Virus record (IMG/VR): IMGVR_UViG_3300027874_000010
Coordinates: 10,413-74,412 of that record
From: a virus
Lineage: Duplodnaviria; Caudoviricetes
DNA length: 64,000 nt
Direction: 5' to 3' (one strand)
Part shown: positions 44,079 to 52,042 of the stretch, one piece after another
Position numbering within the stretch: the first letter of the stretch is position 1
Layout of the letters: each line of letters starts with the position of its first letter
Notes under the pieces: generated by a model
The model's database searches: none
The model's input: the letters and a program-made list of their open reading frames with translations, nothing else
Told to the model about the DNA's origin: nothing
Translations under genes and position numbers: made by a program

Positions 44079-44337
44079 TCCATTCGCGCGCTACGACATG
44101 TGGCTGCAGCAGGGCAATCCCTGGGACCAGCCCGAGCGCGAGCCAGATCGCCTGATCTGCTCCGAATGCGGCGACGAGTACTTCGATTTCAAAAACCACA
44201 AGGAGGGCGAGGCCCACTGCGTAGACGAAGACGACGGCACGGTGTACGGGAGCCTGCAGTGGGGCTACGGACCCGACGAAGACGATGGGCCGGATCCGGA
44301 TGAAGCCTACGACCGGATGCGAGAAGGAGATTACTGA
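44071..44337 (+). CDS. Acidic zinc-finger hypothetical protein
   Basis: Track ORF; CSECG; ends PDEAYDRMRE. Confidence 0.7.
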   Translation: MPDPFARYDMWLQQGNPWDQPEREPDRLICSECGDEYFDFKNHKEGEAHCVDEDDGTVYGSLQWGYGPDEDDGPDPDEAYDRMREGDY

Positions 44338-44609
44338 TGGCGAGTCCACTGGTGTGGAAGGTCTACAGCGCGAGCGGCGAGCACATCGCCAGCCTGCGCG
44401 ATGCCGAGGATGCTGCGGCCCTGGTCGGGCTGCACGACGACGGCAAGGTGCTCGTGGACGGGCGAATCGTCTGGCGCGAGGGCAAGGAAGAAGATCGGGC
44501 TGGCAACAGCTACGACTTCGCGGCGGGCGTCATGTACCAGCGGCGCGCCGAGCACCACCGTGCGGCCCAGGCGCGCTGGCTGAACCTGCAGCGGGCGGGG
44601 GTGCGCTGA
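44337..44609 (+). CDS. Hypothetical protein
   Basis: TGATG overlap. Confidence 0.75.
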   Translation: MASPLVWKVYSASGEHIASLRDAEDAAALVGLHDDGKVLVDGRIVWREGKEEDRAGNSYDFAAGVMYQRRAEHHRAAQARWLNLQRAGVR

Positions 44610-44785
44610 TGGCCCAACTCAGCGACAGCGAGCGCGCGGCAGTCCTGCTCGCCCTGGACTCCATCGAGACGCTTGCCAATCTGGTGCGCGACGTGCCGCC
44701 GGAGAACATGCGGCGCGTGCAAGGCGAGCTAACGAGCGCGGCCAGCGAGATCCGTAAGCAACTGGATCTCGACTCCGATGTCTGA
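44609..44785 (+). CDS. Hypothetical protein
   Basis: TGATG overlap. Confidence 0.65.
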   Translation: MAQLSDSERAAVLLALDSIETLANLVRDVPPENMRRVQGELTSAASEIRKQLDLDSDV

Positions 44786-44957
44786 GAGCAAGCTGCGCGA
44801 CGTGGTGGAGGGCGCGATGGCGGACCTCGGGCTGGACCCCGAGGACTGCCAGGACTTCATCGAACTGCTCCAGCAGCGCTTGTCCAAAGCCATGCTAATC
44901 GAACTGGACGACGCCACGGTGTTCGTCCGTCGTCCGCCGCTGCGCAAACTGCGGTGA
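44778..44957 (+). CDS. Hypothetical protein
   Basis: Hand translation MSESKLRDVVEGAM... Confidence 0.6.
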   Translation: MSESKLRDVVEGAMADLGLDPEDCQDFIELLQQRLSKAMLIELDDATVFVRRPPLRKLR

Positions 44958-45202
44958 GCCGCCACACACACGGCGTCCTCTGGACGCTGTTCGCCGCCGT
45001 CCCAGGCGGCTTCTGCGCACTGTTCCTGATCGGCGGGCTGCTGCTCGGCTCCCTGGGCGCGAGCCTGTTCGTCGCCTTCGGCATGGCGTGCATCGCCGCA
45101 CCGCTGCTGGCGAAGGCCCACGCCGCGTTCCGGGACGCACGGGAAAGCCGACTACTTGATGAGTCGCGGTCGGCCAGCGCGAGCAACACGTTGCCCCGAT
45201 AA
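44954..45202 (+). CDS. Membrane protein (2 TM)
   Basis: GTGA overlap; hydrophobic. Confidence 0.65.
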   Translation: MSRHTHGVLWTLFAAVPGGFCALFLIGGLLLGSLGASLFVAFGMACIAAPLLAKAHAAFRDARESRLLDESRSASASNTLPR

Positions 45203-45595
45203 CGGGGGCATGTGTAGGTCACCAGTATAGGCGTGCCCGAGCGCTTGTGCGTTTCCTCGAACCCACCCCGCGTCCGCTCCCTCAGAGAGTTCGCGACGGT
45301 TCGGGGCGCACCGCGATGTCGCTTCCCGCCTGAAACCCCGGGCGGCTCCAGTTTACACCCTTCCGAAGGTTCGCACACGTCTTAGCATTCAGTCGCTTAC
45401 GAAACAACGTACACGCATGAAATGACTGACGTGTCCGATGCGTCGTGAGCGTCTAGCCCGGGCCGACGTTTCCGACGCCCTGCCGCGAATTCTAACACTT
45501 CTCTTACACATGCCAGCCTTGGATAATGTGTGTGAACCCGTGCGAGTGTGGTATAAATTAGTGTGGCCTCCGAGGGGGTCACAGAGAGGAGTCGA

Positions 45596-46009
45596 ATGAC
45601 CGACAGTCGGTTCAACCCGTACCGCTACGTCTATGACGAAGTGGCGCGGGAAACGCGGGCCATGTACGACGTGTGGTCGGGGACGGAGATCCCGCCCGAC
45701 ACGCGCCCCGTGGTCTTCCCTGAGACGTGCCCGGCGTGTGGCGCGGAGGCCGTGGCCCACGGCACGTTCTGGCGCAAGCCAGTCACCTACGCCTGTGGCG
45801 GCGGGTATGACTCGAAGCCACAGATCCAGAACCACCGCGACGTGTGGTGGGGACACTGCCCCGTGACGAAGGCCCAGGTTGAGGCCGAGGCCGAGGCAGC
45901 AGGCATGGTCAAGACCGAGTTCGGGGGCTACATCCCTCGCGCTCAGGCCGAGGCCGAAGGCTGGACATTGGGTAGATGGGGTTACCAGCGCCCCACGGGA
46001 GTTCGGTGA
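45596..46009 (+). CDS. Hypothetical protein
   Basis: SD GAGGAG; promoter-like TATAAA at 45552. Confidence 0.75.
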   Translation: MTDSRFNPYRYVYDEVARETRAMYDVWSGTEIPPDTRPVVFPETCPACGAEAVAHGTFWRKPVTYACGGGYDSKPQIQNHRDVWWGHCPVTKAQVEAEAEAAGMVKTEFGGYIPRAQAEAEGWTLGRWGYQRPTGVR

Positions 46010-46452
46010 CCACCATCCCCTTCGTCTTCGATGACGGCGGCCGGGAGGCCGCCGGATTCAGGGGCATCGCAGGCGACTGCGCTGTCCGAGCTATCGCCAT
46101 CGCCACGGGCAAGCCGTACCGCGAGGTGTACGACGCGATCAACGCCATCGCCAGGACGACCAGGCGGCGCAAGAGCGGCAAGCGGTCGAGCGCGCGCGAT
46201 GGCGTCTTTGTCGAGGACATGCACCGCTACCTGGGCGGCGTGCTCGGCTGGACCTGGCACCCGACAATGCACATCGGCTCGGGCTGCACGGTCCACGTGC
46301 GGGCTGACGAACTGCCGCCAGGTCGCCTGGTGCTCAACCTCAGTCGCCACTTCGCAGCGGTGATCGACGGCACGCTGTTCGACACCCACGACTGCTCGCG
46401 CGACGGTACGCGCTGCGTCTATGGCTACTGGCAACCACCTGGGGGCGCGTGA
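46006..46452 (+). CDS. Papain-fold (C39-like) hypothetical peptidase
   Basis: GDCAVRAIAIATG...RHFAAVIDG..FDTHD...GYW. Confidence 0.7.
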   Translation: MTTIPFVFDDGGREAAGFRGIAGDCAVRAIAIATGKPYREVYDAINAIARTTRRRKSGKRSSARDGVFVEDMHRYLGGVLGWTWHPTMHIGSGCTVHVRADELPPGRLVLNLSRHFAAVIDGTLFDTHDCSRDGTRCVYGYWQPPGGA

Positions 46453-47120
46453 TGCGCCCCTTCTCTGTGCGTACCACCTCCCAGGAGGAGCGCCTGGTGC
46501 GCGCTCGGGATCTGGTGGACGCCCTGGTCGTGGCCCGCGCCACCTGGCCGGAGGATGCGTTCGTCAGCGTCATCGAGGCTCCCGAGCCACCCCGCCGACG
46601 CCCTGGTTGGCAGAAGGGCCGACCGCGACCGTTCACCCACTGCGGGTGGTGCGGGCAGCGCGGCCACAACGCCAGGACATGCCCCGATTGGGACAAGGCT
46701 CACCAGCCGGTCGAGACGCTCGGTGACTGGCTGCTGCGCAACCAGCCGCAGACCCTGGAGCAGGCCATCGCCCTGGACCCGCCCGTCGAAGCGCCCAGGC
46801 CGACCAGGGTGGTCGAGCCAGATCCCGCCGATGTCGAGCGCACCCCCGATGGCGTCCGCCTGTGCGAGTGCGGCGAGCCGTCCATCAGTCAGAAGAACAC
46901 CCGTGTGCGCACGTGCCAGCGCTGCCGCGACATCGAGGAGGCATCGACCCACCGAGGCGACCACGTGCGGGGTGCCCACCCGACGCCGAACACGAGCTAC
47001 AAGGTCAACTTCAACCCGACCACGAGGCTGCTGCCGCAGCTTGACTCGCGCACGATCCACTCGGGTCTGGCCGAGGTCATCCGCGAGATGAACCGCCTCA
47101 AGCCGTTCACCACGATGTGA
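46449..47120 (+). CDS. Hypothetical protein with CCHC zinc knuckle
   Basis: CGWCGQRGHNARTC; CECG...CQRC. Confidence 0.75.
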   Translation: MMRPFSVRTTSQEERLVRARDLVDALVVARATWPEDAFVSVIEAPEPPRRRPGWQKGRPRPFTHCGWCGQRGHNARTCPDWDKAHQPVETLGDWLLRNQPQTLEQAIALDPPVEAPRPTRVVEPDPADVERTPDGVRLCECGEPSISQKNTRVRTCQRCRDIEEASTHRGDHVRGAHPTPNTSYKVNFNPTTRLLPQLDSRTIHSGLAEVIREMNRLKPFTTM

Positions 47121-47123
47121 GCC

Positions 47124-47137
47124 GATAACCCGTTATC
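47124..47137. promoter_or_regulatory. Palindrome GATAACCCGTTATC (copy 6 of 7)
   Basis: Intergenic, 36 bp upstream of a cassette promoter. Confidence 0.7.
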
Positions 47138-47173
47138 GCTTGCCGGCATGTGTGTGCGTCCGTGCGCTAATTC

Positions 47174-47202
47174 TTGCGCAGATGTGCGAACGGGTGTATT
47201 AT
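47174..47202 (+). promoter_or_regulatory. Sigma70-like promoter, repeated cassette family
   Basis: TTGCGC-17-TATTAT flanked by GTGCG boxes. Confidence 0.7.
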
Positions 47203-47225
47203 CTAGTTGTCAGGAGAACAAGGCA

Positions 47226-47438
47226 GTGACCACCACCACGACGGCCTTCCCCACTTGGAAGCCTTCCCCCCGCCACGCGGCGATGATGGAAGAACCACCC
47301 ACGGCCCCCAAAGCTACGGCCGAGGCCGTGACGCACGATTGGGGCTTCGGGGCCAGGGGCGCGGCCAAAGCCTGGTCGCCGCCCGAAACGCCCGCTCCAC
47401 CCAAGGATTGGTGGAAACGGGATCGAGCTTTCGCCTGA
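47226..47438 (+). CDS. Hypothetical protein
   Basis: GTG ACC ACC start after AGGAG. Confidence 0.65.
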   Translation: MTTTTTAFPTWKPSPRHAAMMEEPPTAPKATAEAVTHDWGFGARGAAKAWSPPETPAPPKDWWKRDRAFA

Positions 47439-47463
47439 CGGTCTTCGGGCCGTCGTTCCCCTC

Positions 47464-47538
47464 GCACGAGGAGCCAGGCCGGTTGCCAGGCGCACGTCTG
47501 CAAAACGTGATTCGCGGGTTCGACTCCCGCCTCGTGCT
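47464..47538 (+). tRNA. tRNA-Cys(GCA)
   Basis: Acceptor GCACGAG/CTCGTGC, anticodon arm CACGT-CTGCAAA-ACGTG, T-arm GCGGG-TTCGACT-CCCGC, U discriminator; atypical G8. Confidence 0.85.
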
Positions 47539-47626
47539 CCGCGCGTCACCGCCCGTGAATTGTTCGGGCCTGGGCCGGAAGTCTTGCCGCCGACGCGACC
47601 ACACTCAGAGAAGGAGAACCCACCAC

Positions 47627-47833
47627 ATGAAGTACCGCACGTACCGCGTCGAGCAGTCGTCACCTGGCTTTTGGGTCGTGACGGACCCGAACCAGGCCAG
47701 CGAGCCTTGCATGGGCGTCTTCGAGACGCGCGCCAAGGCCAAGGAGTTCGTGGACGAGTTGATGGCCGCTGCCGGGCGCGGCATGGCCCAGGCGATGCGC
47801 GCGATGCGCGAGCGCCGACAGGCGGGCCAGTGA
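47627..47833 (+). CDS. Hypothetical protein
   Basis: SD AAGGAG. Confidence 0.7.
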   Translation: MKYRTYRVEQSSPGFWVVTDPNQASEPCMGVFETRAKAKEFVDELMAAAGRGMAQAMRAMRERRQAGQ

Positions 47834-48057
47834 TGGCCTGGTACGACGTTGATCTGGTCGTGCCGCCCGAGCACAAGTTGTCCTGCACCTCCCAGGACTA
47901 CACCCGCTGGTCGGCCCACTGTAGCTGCGGCTGGCGCTCCCCCTGGGTCGAGCGCGAGTCGTGGTCGCTGCTGGACTGGCGGCTGCACGTCGAGGCGCTG
48001 CTGACCAGCGCCCTGGACCAGCCCTGGAACTGGTCAGCTACCTCACCGCCCGCGTGA
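47833..48057 (+). CDS. Small CxCGW...H protein
   Basis: TGATG overlap. Confidence 0.65.
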   Translation: MAWYDVDLVVPPEHKLSCTSQDYTRWSAHCSCGWRSPWVERESWSLLDWRLHVEALLTSALDQPWNWSATSPPA

Positions 48058-48061
48058 ATTC

Positions 48062-48090
48062 TTGCGATCTCGTGCGTTATCCCGTACACT
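48062..48090 (+). promoter_or_regulatory. Sigma70-like promoter, repeated cassette family
   Basis: TTGCGA-17-TACACT; near copy of 42482 cassette. Confidence 0.7.
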
Positions 48091-48109
48091 CTACTCGGAA
48101 GGAGATGAA

Positions 48110-49057
48110 GTGACCACCACCAGCAAGCGACGGACCGATGCCCACGCTCCGTCGAACTTCGTGCCCGAGAACTACACGTTTGTGGGCAGCTACGACGCCT
48201 CCCCTTCGGCCTACATGGTCGTTGAGGTTGGGCAGTTCGGCCAGAAGTACGTCAGCTACCTGCCCGGATACGAACGGGCCAAGCAATTGGAGGCGATGGT
48301 CGCGGCCTCGTCTGAGAGCCGCAGCGACGGTCGCTGTGACCACTGTGGCGCGACGATCCGCTACCGGGCAGTGATGCGGCACACGCCGACCGGCCAGGTC
48401 ATACAGGTCGGTGAGACGTGCTTGGACAACCGCTTCTCGCTGGCGACCGCCGAGTTCAAGGCGATGAAAAAGGCGGCTGAGGAGGCCCGCAAAGACCAGC
48501 GCGTCAAGAAGGCCGTGGCCCTGTGGGTCGCGGAGAACCCCGAGATGGGCTGGATGGCTTCCCAGGTCGAGACTGAGGCGAAGGCCCCAGGAAACAACTT
48601 CGTCGCGGACGTGGCGCGCAAGCTGCGGGCCTACGGCTCGATCTCTGAGCGCCAGGTCGAGGCCGTCAAGCACTCGCTGGTCAAGGACGCGGAGATGGCC
48701 GCGAAGCGAGCGCGATGGGCTGCTGAGCGCGAGGCCGAGGAGTCCGCGCGAGCCGCCGAGCACGGCACGGCTCCGGTCCCACGCGGGCGGGTGACGGTCG
48801 AGGGCAAAGTCCTGACGGTCCGCGAGCCAGACCCGAACGCGCAGTTCCCCGCCTGGAAGATGCTGGTCCAAACCGACCAGGGTTGGAAGGTGTGGGGCAC
48901 CGTCCCCCGCGCGCTGGACACCGTGGATCGCGGCGACCGGGTGAGCTTCGTAGCTGAGGTCCAGCCATCCGACAAAGATCCGATGTTCGGCTTCTACAGT
49001 CGGCCAATGCAGGCGCGCTTCGTGGAGCGCGCCCCGCGCGAGGGGAGCGGCAAGTAA
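48110..49057 (+). CDS. Hypothetical protein with zinc finger and C-terminal OB-like fold
   Basis: CDHCG...GETC; GRVTVEGKVL...WKMLV...RVSFVAEV. Confidence 0.85.
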   Translation: MTTTSKRRTDAHAPSNFVPENYTFVGSYDASPSAYMVVEVGQFGQKYVSYLPGYERAKQLEAMVAASSESRSDGRCDHCGATIRYRAVMRHTPTGQVIQVGETCLDNRFSLATAEFKAMKKAAEEARKDQRVKKAVALWVAENPEMGWMASQVETEAKAPGNNFVADVARKLRAYGSISERQVEAVKHSLVKDAEMAAKRARWAAEREAEESARAAEHGTAPVPRGRVTVEGKVLTVREPDPNAQFPAWKMLVQTDQGWKVWGTVPRALDTVDRGDRVSFVAEVQPSDKDPMFGFYSRPMQARFVERAPREGSGK

Positions 49058-49256
49058 CTGGAGTTACGCTCCAGACCGTGCGATGACACGTGAGATCATT
49101 CGAGCATGAGCGCGAGCAATTGGGGATTGCGAATCCCTGGAGGAGGGTGCCTCAGACTGGCGGCGGCGAAACACGCCAAACCGCCCGCCAGTCGCCTATG
49201 GAACTGAGCTACACGGATGCGGGTCTGCGGCCTCCCCGCCCATCGAGGCCGCTCGT
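49058..49256 (+). ncRNA. Candidate structured RNA
   Basis: ORF-free gap with several nested stems (see findings). Confidence 0.35.
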
Positions 49257-49263
49257 TGAATTC

Positions 49264-49293
49264 CTGTGAACGTGTGCGAGCATCGGCTATACT
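49264..49293 (+). promoter_or_regulatory. Sigma70-like promoter, repeated cassette family
   Basis: CTGTGA-18-TATACT, GTGCG box. Confidence 0.6.
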
Positions 49294-49313
49294 GTGTGTG
49301 CAAGGAGATAACA

Positions 49314-49481
49314 GTGACCACCACCAAGGCGTATCGACCACAGTGCAAGCAGCAGGTTCCGACCCGCCCAGGGCGGACCTACTTCCCGGTCCCGCTGTTC
49401 GCGCGCTGTTCGCGCCGAGCCGTCGCAGGCTCGCGCTACTGCAAGCAGCACCAGCCAGCATCTGAGAGGAGCCAGGCATGA
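49314..49481 (+). CDS. Small Cys/His protein
   Basis: SD AAGGAG, GTG ACC ACC. Confidence 0.65.
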   Translation: MTTTKAYRPQCKQQVPTRPGRTYFPVPLFARCSRRAVAGSRYCKQHQPASERSQA

Positions 49482-49612
49482 GCAAGCCGCGCATCATCTA
49501 CAGCCGCGTTCTCGGCGGCTGGTTCATCGTCGTCGGTCCGCACATGACGCCCATCGGCGGGCGCTACGAAACCAGGGAAGCTGCGGAGGCTGCGCTCCAT
49601 GCCAAAAAGTGA
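49478..49612 (+). CDS. Hypothetical protein
   Basis: ATGA overlap, SD GAGGAG; hand translation. Confidence 0.6.
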   Translation: MSKPRIIYSRVLGGWFIVVGPHMTPIGGRYETREAAEAALHAKK

Positions 49613-49817
49613 TCGACGCGACCGGCAGCGCGTCAAGGCTCGCTACAACCTGCCGACCAGCCGCACGTTCCTGCACACGCTCGACCGCCTCGCGGCCGAA
49701 CGGGATCGGGCCAAGCGCGCCGAGGTTGCGGACCACGCCTTCGAGGGCGACGGGATGCCTGGTGCCAGCATCTGCTCGTGCGGGCGCTACCGCGAGGAGC
49801 ACCTCCGATTCCGATGA
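49599..49817 (+). CDS. Hypothetical protein
   Basis: Track ORF. Confidence 0.6.
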   Translation: MPKSDRRDRQRVKARYNLPTSRTFLHTLDRLAAERDRAKRAEVADHAFEGDGMPGASICSCGRYREEHLRFR

Positions 49818-50104
49818 CCACCAGCAAGTACCGACCCACCCACTACAAGCCGGTGGCCTTCACCAACGGCACCTCGTGCGGCGTGCAGACGCGGCACGGC
49901 GTCAACTACTCGCTGCGCATGGAGAGCGTGACGTGCCCGCGCTGCATCAAGGAGATGCTCAAGCCGGCCACCACCGTCGAGGAGGCGCTCAAGCGCGTCA
50001 GCCACTACGCCCACCACACGCTCGGCAACGACCCCGAGGCGACCCATCGACTACTCGACACGCTGAATGCCCTGGTCCCAACACCCACAAAGGAGAACTC
50101 GTGA
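49814..50104 (+). CDS. Hypothetical protein
   Basis: ATGA overlap. Confidence 0.65.
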   Translation: MTTSKYRPTHYKPVAFTNGTSCGVQTRHGVNYSLRMESVTCPRCIKEMLKPATTVEEALKRVSHYAHHTLGNDPEATHRLLDTLNALVPTPTKENS

Positions 50105-50493
50105 CCACCAACGCCTTCGATACCCCGCTCTACGCTGGCCCACCGACCGAGGCCACGCTCGACCAACTCACGCGGGATCTGACCGCCTTCGAGAGCTTCC
50201 GTGCGATGCTCGACGCCGAGGGCAACTACCGCCCGACGATCATGATGCGCGATCTGCGCCACGTCCAGTTGGCCGACGCCTACGACCTGGCGATGATCGG
50301 TCGCGGCGATCCACGGCGCGCCTACCGAGGATCGCTGGACAACCGCCCGCTGCCGATCACGCTGACGGTCACCGAGGGTCGCCAGCTTATGGACTTCCTG
50401 GGCACCAAAGACGACGAGATCGTGGACGGCGGGTGGGAGCACGTCGAGAGCGTGCTCGGCAAGGTCGTCGCGGCGCTCCAGGCGGCAGGCTGA
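50101..50493 (+). CDS. Hypothetical protein
   Basis: GTG after AAGGAG. Confidence 0.75.
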   Translation: MTTNAFDTPLYAGPPTEATLDQLTRDLTAFESFRAMLDAEGNYRPTIMMRDLRHVQLADAYDLAMIGRGDPRRAYRGSLDNRPLPITLTVTEGRQLMDFLGTKDDEIVDGGWEHVESVLGKVVAALQAAG

Positions 50494-50816
50494 TGACAAG
50501 CAGTGTGACGGCGGGACCGACCCGCCTGCAGGACTACCTGTACATGCGCGCGTTCATGGACGGCCCTCTGGATGCCGAGCAGCGGCGTGAGGCACGTGCC
50601 GCAGCGGGTGTGAACCCCACCGGCGGCTGGATGGACGGTTGTCTTGAGTGGTGCGCCGACCACGTGCGCATGCAACTGACAATCGGAGGCCGCGCCTACG
50701 TCGCCTGGTGCGAGTGGCAGGGCTACCCCGATGGCCCGATTCACGACGACGACACGCACGGGTGGGAAACCTGGCTGGCTGGCTTCATCCAGGGCTACAC
50801 GTTGGGCGTAGGCTGA
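50493..50816 (+). CDS. Hypothetical protein
   Basis: TGATG overlap. Confidence 0.7.
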   Translation: MTSSVTAGPTRLQDYLYMRAFMDGPLDAEQRREARAAAGVNPTGGWMDGCLEWCADHVRMQLTIGGRAYVAWCEWQGYPDGPIHDDDTHGWETWLAGFIQGYTLGVG

Positions 50817-50820
50817 GGGC

Positions 50821-51102
50821 ATGGCTGAGGAGCAGATGGTCCGCGACATGCTCGACCTGGCAACCGTCAAGGCCCCCGAGGTCGCGGAGTGGGCGCAGGA
50901 CAAACGCCGCGCCGCGTTCGTCGCGTTTGCGATGGGCGCGCAGTGGGCGCTCGAACTCGCTGCCCTGGACCCCGAGGTCGCCCGCAAGCTGATCGAGCAG
51001 ATCCACGCCTCGCAGACCAGCGACACCGCGCCCGAGTGGAACACCAACGCGCTGGCGTTCATCGCTCGCTGCCACGGCCACCGCCCACCCGGATCCAACT
51101 AG
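50821..51102 (+). CDS. Hypothetical protein
   Basis: Track ORF. Confidence 0.7.
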   Translation: MAEEQMVRDMLDLATVKAPEVAEWAQDKRRAAFVAFAMGAQWALELAALDPEVARKLIEQIHASQTSDTAPEWNTNALAFIARCHGHRPPGSN

Positions 51103-51107
51103 CCCAC

Positions 51108-51142
51108 TGGCCTGTAGCTCAACGGTAGAGCACGCGACTGTG
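51108..51142 (+). pseudogene. tRNA 5' half (acceptor 5' strand, D-arm, anticodon 5' stem) ending at CT-GTG
   Basis: TGGCCTG-TA-GCTC-AACGGTA-GAGC-A-CGCGA-CTGTG; no T-arm or acceptor 3' strand follows. Confidence 0.7.
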
Positions 51143-51146
51143 TACC

Positions 51147-51584
51147 GTGTGCTCTATGCAGCGCAACAACCCGAAGGCCGTGGGCGAGCGGTCCGAAGTC
51201 ATGGTCCTGGCGGCGCTCCTGCGTCAGCGCCACGTCGTCCTGCAGCCGTTTGGCGACAACCAGCGGTACGACCTCGTAGTGGATCTCGACGGCGTGTTCG
51301 TTCGCGTGCAGTGCAAGACAGCGCGGCTGGTCAACGGCGCACTCACCTTCGCGACGTGCAGTTCCCAGGCGCACCGCCAGCGGGGGCACCAGACCTACCG
51401 TGGCGAGGCCGAGTACTTTGGCGTCTACAGCCCCGATCTCGACCGCGTGTTCATGGTGCCGGTCGAAGGTACAGGCGAGCGCTCATCGTGGTTGCGACTG
51501 GAAGCGCCGCGCAACGGACAGCAGGCGAAGGTCAGATACGCCGACCAGTTCGCCGTGGAATCATGGGAGCACACTCCCCGGTAG
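51147..51584 (+). CDS. PD-(D/E)XK endonuclease of the group I intron-associated (I-Ssp6803I-like) type
   Basis: GERSE...PFGDNQRYDLVVD...RVQCKT...YRGEAEYFGVY. Confidence 0.88.
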   Translation: MCSMQRNNPKAVGERSEVMVLAALLRQRHVVLQPFGDNQRYDLVVDLDGVFVRVQCKTARLVNGALTFATCSSQAHRQRGHQTYRGEAEYFGVYSPDLDRVFMVPVEGTGERSSWLRLEAPRNGQQAKVRYADQFAVESWEHTPR

Positions 51585-51646
51585 CTCAATGGTCGAGCGC
51601 GGTCCTGTTAAGACCGGAGATGCCCGTTCGAGTCGGGCCTGGGGAG
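51575..51646 (+). tRNA. tRNA-Asn(GUU)
   Basis: Acceptor TCCCCGG/CTGGGGA, anticodon arm CGGTC-CTGTTAA-GACCG, T-arm GCCCG-TTCGAGT-CGGGC. Confidence 0.93.
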
Positions 51647-51655
51647 CCGAAGCCG

Positions 51656-51772
51656 ATGCGTAATGCGCTGCTGCTCCTGGGCGCGGGAATCTTTCTGCTG
51701 GCGACGATAGTCCTGCGGGTGTGGTGGGACTCGCCGCTGTACTGCATCCACTTCGGCTGGTTCTGCCCATAG
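51656..51772 (+). CDS. Small membrane protein
   Basis: MRNALLLLGAGIFLLATIVLRVWW... Confidence 0.5.
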   Translation: MRNALLLLGAGIFLLATIVLRVWWDSPLYCIHFGWFCP

Positions 51773-51797
51773 CCGCCGGCGCACTGTGTGCGAATTG

Positions 51798-51826
51798 TTG
51801 TGCGCATGTGCGAAATCGTGTATTAT
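51798..51826 (+). promoter_or_regulatory. Sigma70-like promoter, repeated cassette family
   Basis: TTGTGC-17-TATTAT, three GTGCG boxes. Confidence 0.7.
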
Positions 51827-51867
51827 CTTCTTGTGGGGCTGAGAGGCCCCCGAGAGGAGTCCGAGAG

Positions 51868-52038
51868 ATGAGAGAGCGAGCCGCCACCACCGCGCGCCGA
51901 ATGCGCGCGAAGGCCCGCCGAGCCGCCCGCCGCATGATGCGCGCGATGGCCGCTCCCCGCAGGCCAGTGCCGATGGCGATGGCCGCGCCCCGCATGGGCT
52001 ACGCGACCAGTCACACGATGACCTATCGGTACGCCTAG
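51868..52038 (+). CDS. Arg/Ala/Met-rich basic peptide, 56 aa
   Basis: SD GAGGAG directly after the promoter. Confidence 0.6.
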   Translation: MRERAATTARRMRAKARRAARRMMRAMAAPRRPVPMAMAAPRMGYATSHTMTYRYA

Positions 52039-52042
52039 TGAG

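Noticed and set aside
47539-47600. Possible theta/HDV-like ribozyme after tRNA-Cys
   Set aside because: Only a simple GCGTC/GACGC stem; nested double-pseudoknot elements could not be assigned by eye
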